In this document: piece by piece, positions 1-12,175 of the stretch
How positions within the stretch are numbered: position 1 is the first letter of the stretch
Layout: every line of letters begins with the position of its first letter
Assembly: GCF_006345805.1 (NCBI RefSeq)
Contig: NC_043015.1
Location: 20,832,001-20,896,000, forward strand
Source: Octopus sinensis
Lineage: Eukaryota
Direction of reading: 5' to 3'
DNA length: 64,000 nt
Translations under genes and position numbers: made by a program
Notes under the pieces: model-generated
What the model was told of the DNA's origin: nothing
Databases searched by the model: none
The model's input: the letters and a program-made list of their open reading frames with translations, nothing else

Positions 1-1940
1 GGAGCCACTCAAGATACACATAGACAAATACTTTCCCTGGCCTTCAAGTGAGAATCACAAGGGAACACTCAAATATAAACATACACACTCTCGCTCTGTA
101 ATGATATATTAGACTCATGTGTCCGCTTCCTTTGCACATATTTCATTGTGTAGCTTGCTGGTGCTAAGGACCGCAAGAGAGAATATCTTTTAATATTTAG
201 CAAACAGGCCAGATTACTCGAAGACGCAATAACTACCCGATTGTACCTGGTTAATATAAATGGTTTCATCTGTTTCCATTATCGCTGCAGTATCGTCTTA
301 GATGTCAATTTTTGCTTTAGTAACGCCATATATTATCTTATAGACCTAACTACTAACGTCTATTACTACTACAGGCTATCATTTATACAACAGTTCGATG
401 CATTATCGTAATTGGATAGCTTGTAAAGATGCTTTCTCGACCTGTCTCACGTTCGCATTTGAAGAAAAGGCAGGAGGCTTTTAGACACTAAATGTCTGTA
501 TTGGTGATATATCTGTACGTGTTAATGTGTATGTTAATCCAATCTCTATAACCATCTTTCCTCGCCTATCAGTAGCACCGTATTAGCGTGTGTGTAGGTG
601 TGTGAGTATATATGTGTGTGTGTGTATGTGTGTGATTATACGCCCGTTTGATACTTTGTCGTTCTCTCTAATGACATTGTGCTGAGTGTATGCAAAGAGA
701 TACATGTCAATATGTAGACGTACTCTCTCGTTCACACACACACGCACACACATACACACACACAAACACAAACACACATGTAACAAGTATATGTGTTCTT
801 ATCTCTGTATGAATGAACACAGTATATAGCTTTGTTACAACCATCATTAAGTATCATTACATATCGCACATCTTCGCTCTAAATATATATTTGTTCATCA
901 CGCTGAGCATTTTGCTAAATACTTTACAAAGAAAAATATTCTAGTAGAATGTTCGAAGTATTTATTTTCCTAATTACCTCCTCCTCCTCCTGCCCCCCTA
1001 CACATGACGTATGCATCTAAGTTCCTGTATATTTGAATGTTCTATTATTCTTGTGTTAACTCTGTATATCCATGACCCAGTGGTTTTTCTTTTCGGATTT
1101 TCTGTGTACGGGGAAATGCAAATTAGGTCCTCATTATATAGTTTGGTGGGATTGCTTTGTTTTAGATGTAGCCTATTACAATCGTCTTATCTGGGAAGTT
1201 ACAGGGATAACAGGGTATCTTTGGTTTTGTACTGTTATCCTTTTACCAGAAAATTGTATAACGTTATATAACAAAGTATTGCAATCAATGTTGCTAGCAC
1301 ATGAATTTGAAAAGTCTACTGACATTTTGACACCCTTTGCTATAACCTAAAATCTAAGAACCATATAAAGAACGTAGCCCGAATGCAATTTCGGAGACAC
1401 GACTGGTTGAAATGAAATGCCTCTCGATAGAAGTAATATATTGAGGCTTATAATCGACGGATGATTTTATACAGATATACTTCAGGTTAACCATGAATAC
1501 ATTTAATATTCGATGTACACGACATATCTATTCATTTAGATATAGGTACAAATCTAATGATATACCATTTTAGATATACATATTCTTTTTAAAAGGCTGG
1601 AGCGAAAACACACAATAAAAGCAATAAACTGTACAGAGAATGTAACTAAAAGAAATTACTTTTCTGATTCTACCTGACATCATTAAGCATACGGAAATTT
1701 CTTGTGTCTTCATCAATAAAAATGCAAAATTTAAAACATACTCGCTTAACGACGTATGTTGAACTGGAGATTAGTTGAATCTGCTGCCAATAAAAGGGGT
1801 ATCAAGAAATACTAGCTTAGAAATCAAGCTAAAATTTAATCCAAATTATGATATCTAGGATCAAATAATATACAGTCGCGCGACGTTAACTAACACGGCA
1901 TTTCAAGGAAAACTCCACAACTTATAATTTTCACTACATA

Positions 1941-2318
1941 GGCGCAGGCGTGATCTGTGGTAAGAAGTTTGCTTCCCAGACACATGGTTCCGGTTTCAGT
2001 CCCACTGCGTGGCACCTTAGGAGAGTGTGTTCTTCTATAGCCTTGGAATGAACAAAGACTTGTGAGGGGATTTGGAAGTCGTAAATTGAAAGAAGCCCAT
2101 CGTATATATATATATATATATGTATATGTGTGTGTTTGTGTGTGAGACTGTTTGCGTACGTGCGTATGTATGTGTATGTATATATATGTATATATCTGTG
2201 TTTTCCACTGCTTACCGCTTGACAACCGGTGCTGAAGTGTTCGCGTCCCTCCGACTAAAAGAACTTCAAGGCGATGTCCCAGCATGGTCACAGTCTAATG
2301 ATTGAAACAAGTAAAAGA
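1941..2318 (+). mobile_element. tRNA-derived SINE, family A (octopus-type), near full length with internal microsatellite
   Basis: Head ggcgcaggcgtgatctgtggtaagaag (A-box-like) and ggtttcagtccc (B-box-like); tail ccagcatggtcacagtctaatgattgaaacaagtaaaaga; about 20 related copies or fragments in the window. Confidence 0.85.
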
Positions 2319-2478
2319 TTTTAAAAAACATATGTAAATTAGTGCCATTTACGTATAAGTCAGATGGTCTGCGTTCACCAGTGAAAGTCATTGTTGTCCG
2401 TCGGTTGCCTCCAGCATTTGCTTAACCATACGTACAGAAGATGGGATTAATCTGATACGAAATATATATATATATATA

Positions 2479-2675
2479 TTGGTTTCAAATGTTGACATAA
2501 GCCTAGCAATTTTAGGCAAGGAAGGATTCGATTGCATCGACACCAATATACAGCTGGTACTTATTTCATCGAACCCGAAAGAATGGTAAGGTAATGTCAG
2601 TCTCGGTGGAATTCGAACTCAGAATATAAAAATGGACAACGTACCGCTTCCTATTCTACCAGTTCGACGCCTGCC
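2479..2675 (-). mobile_element. tRNA-derived SINE, family B, diverged
   Basis: Matches the repeated motif ctggtacttatt..cgaaagg..gtcgacctcggcggaatttgaactcagaa seen at 10.5, 33.5, 47.3, 51.5, 52.6 and 54.4 kb. Confidence 0.75.
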
Positions 2676-3120
2676 TTACTGATGTGTATACAGTAAAGAA
2701 AGGAAATAGTCGTCTATTTCCAATTTATATTGTGCAAAGCATATCCTTATACGATTACATTAAATATTTCTTGTTTTCCTCTTCATGTGATATCATGTGA
2801 TATCCACTCAGCCTTTCTCTTCAAAGGATACACCGCCATAACGATCGTTTGCGAAACACCCTAACCGCTAGGCCACGTGCCTTCACTCATGAGCGTCTGC
2901 CTACCAATTTACACATGTACACGCATACACACATATAATGGTTTGTGTGTGTGTTTTCGTGATCCTGTATGTTTGTGTGTATTATTATTCTGTTATGTAT
3001 GAAAACTCCGAAACAAAGACACACGCATTTCTGGTTAGACAAATACATTCAGATAGGCGGGTAAAGATAGCAGGGAAATAAATATATTAACACTAAACAC
3101 CATCAACTTAAACACCAATA

Positions 3121-3278
<158 letters not shown>

Positions 3279-3621
3279 AAAAATGCGAGATGTGATGGAG
3301 ACAGGCGCGGCAGAAAAATTGGCATTCGGATAGATAAATCAATCGATTGATCGATCGATCGATCGAATAAGCTGTTTCAATGCAAAGATAGATAGAGAGA
3401 TAGGCGGAGATGGGGAGAGGGAAAGGGAGAGAGAGAGAGAGAGAGAGGAGAGAATAGAATGAGAAAGAAGGTGGTTTGTGTCAATAGAGAGGGAGATGTA
3501 AACAGTCCTGCAGCCAGAATGATACGTAAATGTGATTGTGAGAAAGAAAATTAAGCACACATTGATAACCGCATACAAATACACGCACACACATGCACAC
3601 GCACACACACACGCGCATATA

Positions 3622-3656
<35 letters not shown>

Positions 3657-4157
3657 ATGTATATATAATGCTGCATGTTGCTCATGCATATTCATGCGCA
3701 TTCGCATGTTGCTATAACATATGACGGAATATGTGGTGCGCATGTTAACCTACCACTACTCCGCTCTATGTGATGCACGATCGATTTCATTAGCTTTGCA
3801 TAGATACGATATGTATTATTCCTGGAATACACAAAGACCGCAACATTTCGTCATGCCTCTCTCTCTCATTCTGTCTCTTTTTCTCAGTCTCGTTCTGTCT
3901 CTTTTTCTCTCTCTCGTTCTGTCTGTCTGTCTCTCTCTCTCTGTCGTTCTACCTCTCTCTCTTATTCTATCTCTCTCTCTGTCTCTCTCTTTCATTCTCT
4001 CTCTCTCCCTCTCTCTCTCTCTGTTTATGTCTTACACTATATATGTACATGCGTATGTTACTGGATGCTAGTGTGTATGTTGTGTATATGAACACATAAA
4101 GTGTGTATGCTTGTATGTCTCTAAAGATATGCGTGTGTATATGTGCCCGTGTACATG

Positions 4158-4204
<47 letters not shown>

Positions 4205-5644
4205 ACTGACTCTGAACGCATGTATTTTGCTGTATTTCCATTCGCATGTGCTTTCGTTCGTTTGTGTGTGTAAGTATTGTGTCTGTGTGTCTGGATATAT
4301 ATCTGCGCGTGTGCATATACCTATGTTTGTGTATGTCTACCCTTATGCCTTTGTATTTATAAATGTAAGCATGCATTTCTATCCGTATGCTGTTTCCACC
4401 AATGTTTATGCATGGATGTGTGTGTGTGTGTATGTATTTGGGTATGTGTTTGTGAGCGTATAGGAGAATGTGTTATGTCAATTTTATTCCTCTTTTTATA
4501 CGATTATACGCATATATATATAAGCATACTAACGTTTGTAAGTAAACATACCAATATATGCGTGTTGTATGTATGTATCCATGTGAGTTAGCTAAAGAAC
4601 TATCTCTTCCCTCTCTTCTGTAAGATTCGATATTGTTTATAAGTTTACTTAGATTAATGTCGTTTAACAACTCTCATATACAAATATTATCTCTGTCTGC
4701 TAGATTTAGAAGAAATTTCAAAGAAACAAAACTAGTTTACACAGAACAAGAACAAAAAACACCATTGGAATGGAGTGACGTGCTATTTTTTTTAACACTA
4801 CGTGTCATAAGCCTCATTGGTCTTTCCATGGCAGCCATGTTGGATGGTTGTTGTAGCATTCTAGAAAAGAAATGGTTGCTAAACTATCGTTCATATATTA
4901 CCTCATATTATTGAACAGGAACATGGTAACTGGTTTTTCCATGAGACACAGAGCAGTGTAACCAATTGTAGTGAGGAAGAGAGAGAGAGAGGGAGAGAGA
5001 GAAAGAAAGAAAGAAAAAAGAAAACGAAAGAAGCAGCAAAACTCAGACCTTGTTTCGTATTTTATTTACTTGACCCAGGAAGAATGGAAAGCTAAATTGA
5101 CATCGGCTGGATTTAAAATTAAGACGATAATTTTAATACCCAAATTACAATTTTGCCGAACTGGCAAAAATGTGGACATCAGAAAGAATGTCCCCATTTT
5201 TAGAGCTCTGAGTTCAAATATCTCCGAGGCCAGCATTGTCATTCTTTGTGGGTCGATAATATAAGTATCGATTCAAGGTACTTGAATTGGCAATAGGTTT
5301 TTGTGTTCACATTCCGCATGGCCTACCTGCGTGCTCGACATAATCGGTCACCTAGATGCTATAAATGACATTAACTTCTCTATCATATTTTTTAATCAAC
5401 AAACTTACAATGTTTTGATAATCCCTTTTTCAAAATCGTTAAAAATTGTTCCTGCTTTTTTACCTTTCCACTTCCAAATCAGAAGAACTTCTTACAAAAA
5501 TAAATCATTTAGTGATTACATTTTTTAATTCATCACTCGTTATTCGCATCCATATATGAACTCTCCGTCTGCCTATCCATGCTCTTAACACACACACACA
5601 CACACAAATATATATATATATATTTATTTATATTTATATATACA

Positions 5645-5852
5645 CGAGATGGAGCTGAAGAGTTCCTGGTTTTAGATAAAAGGAAAGAGGATCAGTTAAT
5701 GATTTTATTATATATATTCCTCTACCACATTCACACACTTATTGCAGCAGTCCTTCAGTTTTCGTAAACCCAGTGAAAAACACTCGGAAGTTTGGGCCTC
5801 GAAATAGGCCTTTTGCGATACCATTAAAGCCACAAACCTTTCAGCACTCACT

Positions 5853-5854
<2 letters not shown>
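5645..5854 (-). mobile_element. Mariner-derived MITE (~210 bp)
   Basis: Degenerate TIRs cgagatggagctgaagagttcctggtttta / taaagccacaaacctttcagcactcactcg; second copy in reverse orientation at 58182-58396. Confidence 0.7.
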
Positions 5855-5909
<55 letters not shown>

Positions 5910-5911
5910 TA

Positions 5912-6123
5912 TAACGGGAAGCTTTATGAAAATAGACAAAAGACGAAGGCAGGTGGAAAACAAACGAACAATTGTATTAGTATGGCGCTCAGGAAATATA
6001 AATAAAACAAGTCTTTAACGTTTCGAGCCTACGCTCTTCAACAGAAAGATACACAGAGAGAAAAAAAACACAGAAAGAAGGAGAGAAAAAAATGCGTGCA
6101 GTAGCTAACGAATCAACATGGCG
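5912..6123 (-). mobile_element. Short non-coding repeat inserted in (TA)n, carrying a hammerhead-like motif (probable Penelope-like terminal-repeat derivative)
   Basis: Flanked by (TA)n on both sides; diverged second copy in opposite orientation at about 62060-62240. Confidence 0.6.
6011..6050 (-). ncRNA. Non-canonical minimal type I hammerhead-like motif
   Basis: Minus strand: tcttt CUGUUGA a gagc-gtag-gctc GAAA cg UU aaaga. Stems I and II pair; stem III is a palindrome (AACGTT); core has U in place of A6. Confidence 0.4.
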
Positions 6124-6172
<49 letters not shown>

Positions 6173-6553
6173 TTTCAGTGTTAAAAAGATTGTGAGCTCA
6201 GTTGTTATGAGGAACCATACCAAATATTTATGTATACAAAAACGAAGAAATGACAGACTTATTAGAATAAATGTTAGGATGATATGGAATATTAGTTCGT
6301 TGTCTTTCAAAGTTAAGCAAGGTCAACATTGCATTTCATGTTACTGGGGAGGGTGGATGGGGTATTACTTAAAATGTCACCTCAGGATCAATGTAAGCAC
6401 TGCATGCTTCCCTCAAGTTTACTGGCTTTTGACCTAAATTATCAAAAATATGAACTGATTTGATTTACGAAGCAAATATTATTTCGTTCGGGAAGCGGAG
6501 GAGAGCAACGACAGCAGCGGCGAGTTCCATCACAATGACGACGATGAAGACCT

Positions 6554-6615
<62 letters not shown>

Positions 6616-6767
6616 GCACCACCACCATCATCACTACAGGCACCACAACCACTACTACGACCACTATCGCTGTTGCTCCTGCTGCTGCTACGAATGATAA
6701 ACTTAATTATAATAATGATAATAGTAAAGAAAATAATTATTTCCATTGTTTTTCTTCCATGATCATG

Positions 6768-6808
<41 letters not shown>

Positions 6809-6824
6809 GATTATTATTATTATT
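6554..6824. repeat. (CTA)n, (CCA)-rich and (TTA)n microsatellites
   Basis: Directly visible. Confidence 0.9.
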
Positions 6825-7146
6825 AGTTTCATCTGAAACGACAACAATAACTAATAAATGTTATGAGTTTTAGAGCACAAAAACAAGCTGCTTTCTTTAG
6901 TGAATTCCTAATGAGGAAGTCGTGACATTGTATTCCGTTAGAAACAATGAATTGTAATGGTCGCAGCTTCAGGCCGACAAATTTGTGACTGTTTTAATAA
7001 TTCATAGACATCAAACTACCATACTGTGCGTGTGTGTGTGTGTGATAGCAATTGATATTATTGATATTTGAAGTTTGTAATGTTGTACAGATGTGTGGTC
7101 TAATTGAAGGCACCACTACTATAGTCCGAACAGAAGTCTGTATATA

Positions 7147-7342
7147 CAGTTGCGGCCAAAATGTTCAGAACGGCATTGTTTTCGTCAGAAAAGTAGGTAT
7201 AAGTTACACCAAAATCTCAGACAATACCAATTAATATCGTATTTATTGTCTGTGAAAATTATAGAATATAAAACATCTTTAAAAAAAAATTATATCTACT
7301 TTTCTTACGAAAACAATGCCGTTCTGAACATTTTGGCCGCAA

Positions 7343-7345
<3 letters not shown>
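7147..7345. mobile_element. Tc1/mariner-type MITE with ~55-bp TIRs and TA flanks
   Basis: TA|cagttgcggccaaaatgttcagaacggcattgttttcgt ... acgaaaacaatgccgttctgaacattttggccgcaactg|TA; TIRs near-perfect. Confidence 0.9.
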
Positions 7346-7380
<35 letters not shown>

Positions 7381-8790
7381 ACGTAGATATATAGATTGAT
7401 AGATAGATAGATATTATGTAGGTACGGTTATAATCGAAGCTCTGTCCTCATGAAACACGCCTCTATCTGAAGTGTTTCTAAAAGATGCCATACATGTTTC
7501 TCCTACATGTAGAAATTTGTAACTCCTATTAGTATATGAAACATATGTAATGGTGAATAAATAATACCATTTTATTTCCATTCTCCTAGTTTTATAGTAA
7601 AAGATATCTACGCCCTGGGACACAAACGTTGTTTCTCTACCCATCCCTCTGTTTCTTTGGGGGAAAAATTCGTTACCTTGTTATTGAAATCAGAATAATT
7701 GACTGACGGGCCTAAAAATGTAATAAAAAATGACATCATTTATTTCCGATTCCAGCGTCTCAGACAAGCTCTTGAATAAGAATAAAAAATGAGACACAAA
7801 AAGAAAAGCAATAAAAAAAAATCCTACTGCTTCATCTCATTATAAAGTCAGTAAGTTCTTGTACCTCGAAACGACAACTGAATTGCCGTCTAGCTTGCTC
7901 GTGTTTGGTAGTAAAGACGAGTAAATTGACATTTTCCATACTATTTCTCATAGGAAAGACATGAATGACGTAGTTACAGATGACAGTTATAAGTGCATAT
8001 AACCTGATTCTGCAGAATGCTGTATTTTTTTTTTTTTTAAGTTGCTTGCTTGTCGTTGTATCTTTCCTATTTCTACAGGAGAAAATTGGGACAAGGTTTA
8101 TACCCCATCGACACTTCTCTAAATAAAACAAAGCCATTTTCGGAGAGAAAAAAAGGTAGGAAAACGATCCTTCCTTGCGTTTGTCGGCTTCTTAACGATA
8201 CTGAAACGATGAAAGGTGAAACACACCTCTTCCCCTTACACATTTACCAATACGCTACCTTCTTTTGTTGAAATTACGACTATAGTTCTAAAATGTCATT
8301 GATGTCCAAAGTTAGAGAAACGTTCTGTCCATCATATGTGAACAAAATATTAATCAACATCTTGGTAAAATGATTTTCAGACAAAGAAGAATAACACAAA
8401 GAAGAATAATACATTTCTCAATTTCAGGAAAGATCTAACGTGAATAAAATAAATTAATAAATAAATAAAAGAAAATTGAAATAGAAAATAAAAAGAAATG
8501 TGAATAAATTTGCTATTGAATTATTATTTTACAGAGAAATTTTCTTGGAAAATAAAAATGTTTATCTGATCTTAATAGTAAAATGAAAGTTTATAATTTG
8601 GTCGCCCCATGCTCCACACCCTTCTACGTGATTCTCTCATGTCATTCTCTTACCAGGTGCCTTCTCTTTTAGTTTCGCAACAATTTCTTCCTCTCTGAAT
8701 GTAATTAACACAACTACAGACACGTACGCACGCCCTGTTTCCCTCTCTCACTCTCTCTCTCTCTCTCTGTGTCTTTGTCTCAGTCCCTCC

Positions 8791-8829
<39 letters not shown>

Positions 8830-8932
8830 AGACACACACACAAACACACAAATATATACACTTTTGTACGAGTGTAAATGTGAGTATGCGTTCAATTTAG
8901 AAGCATTTCTGCTTATATATATATATATATAT

Positions 8933-9581
8933 ATCAACAATCATAATAGGCCATTCACCCACTAGAAATAACAGCCAAAGCTTCAACCGCAAATAAAAAT
9001 GGTCTACGACTATTTAATTTTTTCCCACTAGGCCGCTGGTGGCAAAAAGAATTCTACAAAATTTTTTTTCACCACCCTATATTGATTAATTATGAATTTT
9101 CTGGTTAATTCCGTAATGGAATCGACGGCTTATATTTATTTGCTGCCGATAAATTTGGCGCGAGTGCGACGATTTGAAAATTTTAGGTCAGATATCGCCT
9201 TGGCAGAGTCGGAAATGCCTCGTGAAAATATCTGTTCCGACTTGGCTATTTCTTGCTGAAGAATCTGAGGGCCTATGGAAGATTGGCTTGATTTAATTTA
9301 ATCAGGTTAGTTTACCATTAAACAGCAGACGAAACGGTGCATCGTACAAGAAATTACAGGGTAAATGTTTTTTTAAATTTTCTCCTGTTTACGGAATTGA
9401 TCTTTATTTGCGGTTGAAGCTTTGGCTGTTATTTCTAGTGGGTGAATGGCCTATTATGGCCGTTCCTTGATTGTTGATGTTGAACTTAAAAATGGTCTAC
9501 GACTATTTAATTTTTTCCCACTAGGCCGCTGGTGGCAAAAAGAATTCTACAAAATTTTTTTCACCACCCTATATTGATTAA
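8933..9581 (+). mobile_element. Hammerhead-containing non-autonomous retroelement (retrozyme / Penelope pLTR-like) inserted in (TA)n
   Basis: Direct repeats 8994-9089 and 9487-9581; 8933-8997 is an inverted copy of 9403-9478 (with an 11-nt deletion); type I HHR between the repeats; (TA)n on both flanks; no ORF. Confidence 0.75.
9241..9360 (+). ncRNA. Type I hammerhead ribozyme with extended stem II
   Basis: Stem I atttcttg(9248-55)/caagaaat(9347-54); core CUGAAGA 9256-62; stem II tctg/caga, atgg/ccat and a 13-bp gattggcttgatt/aatcaggttagtt helix (G-U rich); GAAA 9331-34; stem III acgg-tgca-tcgt; GUA cleavage triplet ending at 9346. Confidence 0.8.
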
Positions 9582-9611
9582 ATATATATATATATATATA
9601 TGCACTTTATT

Positions 9612-9819
9612 TCTTTACTTGTGTCAGTCATTTGACTGCGGTCAAGCTGGAGCACCGCTTTTAGTCGAACAAATCGACCCCAGGACCAATTCTTTGCAAG
9701 CCTAGTACTTATTCTATCGTTCTCTTTTGCCGAACCGTTAAGTTACGGGGACGTAAACGCGCCAACATCGGTTGTCAAGCGATGGTGGGAGGAACAAACT
9801 CAGACACACAAACGTATAC

Positions 9820-9864
<45 letters not shown>

Positions 9865-10036
9865 AGTGTGTATACGAGGGGCCTCTTTCACTTTCTGTGT
9901 ACCAAATCCACTCAGAAGGCTTCGGTCGTCCCGAAGCTATAGCAGAAGACACTTACTCAAGGTGCCACGTAGCGGGACTGAACCCGGAACCATATGGCTG
10001 AGAAGCAAGCTTCTTACCACACAACCACACCTGCAC

Positions 10037-10037
<1 letters not shown>
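9612..10037 (-). mobile_element. tRNA-derived SINE family A, full length
   Basis: Reverse complement of the 1941 element, including head, (GT)n spacer and tail. Confidence 0.9.
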
Positions 10038-10082
<45 letters not shown>

Positions 10083-10085
10083 CAT

Positions 10086-10269
10086 TTTACTTGTTTCAGT
10101 GATTTAGCTGCGACCATGCTGGAGCACCGTCTTGAAGAGGTTTTAAGTCGAACAAATCGACTCGAGGTCATTCCTTTTAGTCTCTATTGCCGAACCGCTA
10201 GGTTACGGGCATATAAACACACCAACAACGGTTGTTAAGCGATGGTGGGAGAGAAATACGCACTCATGT

Positions 10270-10307
<38 letters not shown>

Positions 10308-10372
10308 GGTGTTCTTTCAGTTTCCCTCTACCAAATCCTCTCACATGGCTATAGTAGAAAATACTTGTCGAA
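10086..10372 (-). mobile_element. SINE family A, head-truncated
   Basis: ttttacttgtttcagt..ccatgctggagcaccg..gccgaaccgcta. Confidence 0.8.
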
Positions 10373-10456
10373 TTTCCAGACAGAACATCTACACAGAACG
10401 TGGTTAGACGAAGGACACCAAGTGTCCGTATAGGACATCTTGCAGTAATAATATTT

Positions 10457-10661
10457 TCTATGAAAGGCACAAGGCCTGAAATTTGGCGGGTGGGGAATAG
10501 TCGATTAGTTCGACCCCAGTCTTTCAGTGGTATTAATCAATCGACCCCGAAAGGATGCAAGGCAAAGTCGATCTCGGCGGAATTTGATCTCACAACGTAA
10601 ATACAGACGAAGTGCCGCTAAGTATTTTGGCCGGCGTGCTAACGATTCTGCCAGCTCACCG
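10457..10661 (-). mobile_element. SINE family B, full length
   Basis: ggcacaaggcctgaaatt..gtcgatctcggcggaatttg..gcgtgctaacgattctgccagctcacc. Confidence 0.85.
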
Positions 10662-10821
10662 TGAAAGTAATATTAATCAAGGGAAATATGATTGATACCT
10701 TTCACTTCGAACGCTAAGAGGGATAGACTATATTACAATATCTGGCTAATCACTTTCCTTAATAAGGACGATCGTTTTACTGAAACAAGTTTGAGTTTAA
10801 ATACCAATTAAATTTACTGTT

Positions 10822-10902
<81 letters not shown>

Positions 10903-10914
10903 TGTGTCTGTGTA

Positions 10915-11295
10915 CAGTGTGCATGAAGCACCAGCTTGCTTGAAATTAGGAGTAAAACCGTAAACTTAACCACCAATCTCACTGAAAATATGTGGAGGAC
11001 CAACAGAAATCGGGCAAACGAGAAATATTTAACATACTATCTCAGCTAAAAAGCTATAGAATGAGGTAACAGGTATACCTGGATAACGACTTCGAATTTT
11101 GGCTAGTGTCTGAGGCACGAGCCAGAATTCAAAATCATGATCCAGGTATATCTATTACCTCATTCTACTGCTTTTTAGCTGAGATAGTATGTAAAATGTT
11201 GCTTGTTTGCCTGATTTCTGTTGGTCCGTTGCATATTTTCAGTGAGATTGGTGGTTAAGTTGAGAGTTTTTACTCCTGGTCCTTCATGCACCCTG
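10915..11295. mobile_element. Foldback (fully palindromic) Tc1/mariner-type MITE, ~380 bp
   Basis: TA|cagtgtgcatgaag ... cttcatgcaccctg|TA; arms complementary along their whole length (e.g. caccaatctcactgaaaatatg/catattttcagtgagattggtg, catactatctcagctaaaaagc/gctttttagctgagatagtatg); centre near 11112. Confidence 0.88.
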
Positions 11296-11619
11296 TAATT
11301 TAATTATACATATATGTGCATGTGTGTGTGTGTTTATATATATAATAAACACGCACGAACTGAACAGATGTTTGTATGTTATTTTCACTAAGTTAATTTG
11401 TCATCTCCTTATAATCCCTGACCTTATCGGTGATGTTCACTTATGTAATTCTTTTTTATTCTTCTGTATAAAGATCAATTCAAGTATAACAAAGTGATAC
11501 CCATCTACAAACCTAGGGGCGCCATAAATACATACATACATGCATACATGTATGCATAAATACATACATGCATAAATACATACATATATGTTTGTATCTA
11601 TGTATATGTGCTTGTGTGT

Positions 11620-11804
11620 GAGGTATCTGATGGCACGTAAGCCACACTTCTTTCCGAAAAAATATAGCATCTCAGAATAAAACATCCGGAAGTTGGCATC
11701 TTAAAAATTTTAATGCTTAAAAGACCTTCCTTCCTGAATAAGCGATCCAGAAATTGGGTAACACCTAAGGTGCCCGTGCGTCTTTTATGTCCTCGAATGC
11801 GGTA
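11620..11804. mobile_element. Degenerate pogo-like MITE
   Basis: Right end gtgcgtcttttatgtcctcgaatgcggTA resembles the TACCGTATT..ATAAGACGCAC TIR type; left end degenerate. Confidence 0.4.
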
Positions 11805-11821
11805 TATCTGTGTGTTATCTG

Positions 11822-11997
11822 TTACTTGCTTTAGCTATTAAACTGTAGCCATGCTGGGGCACCGGATTCAGGAAATTTTACACGAATGAATCGACCTCAT
11901 CACTTGTTCTATCGGCCACTTTTTCCGAAAGTATAAGTCATGGGGACATAAATACACCAACACCAGTTGTCAAGCAGTGGTGAGGAACAAACACAGA
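11822..11997 (-). mobile_element. SINE family A, 3' half
   Basis: gccatgctggggcacc..acaccaacaccagttgtcaagc. Confidence 0.75.
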
Positions 11998-12085
11998 TAT
12001 ATATATATATTATATATATATATATTATATATATATATATAATATATATATATATAATATATATATATATACTATATATATATAT

Positions 12086-12144
<59 letters not shown>

Positions 12145-12165
12145 TACATATATACATACTATATA
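11998..12165. repeat. Interrupted (TA)n
   Basis: Directly visible. Confidence 0.95.
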
Positions 12166-12175
12166 TGTTATTTTA

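Noticed and set aside
9866-10078. Recurrent peptide KVPRSGTEPGTxWLxSKLLTTQP (also near 1.9, 12.6 and 49.9 kb)
   Set aside because: Antisense reading of the SINE family A tRNA-like head, not a protein family.
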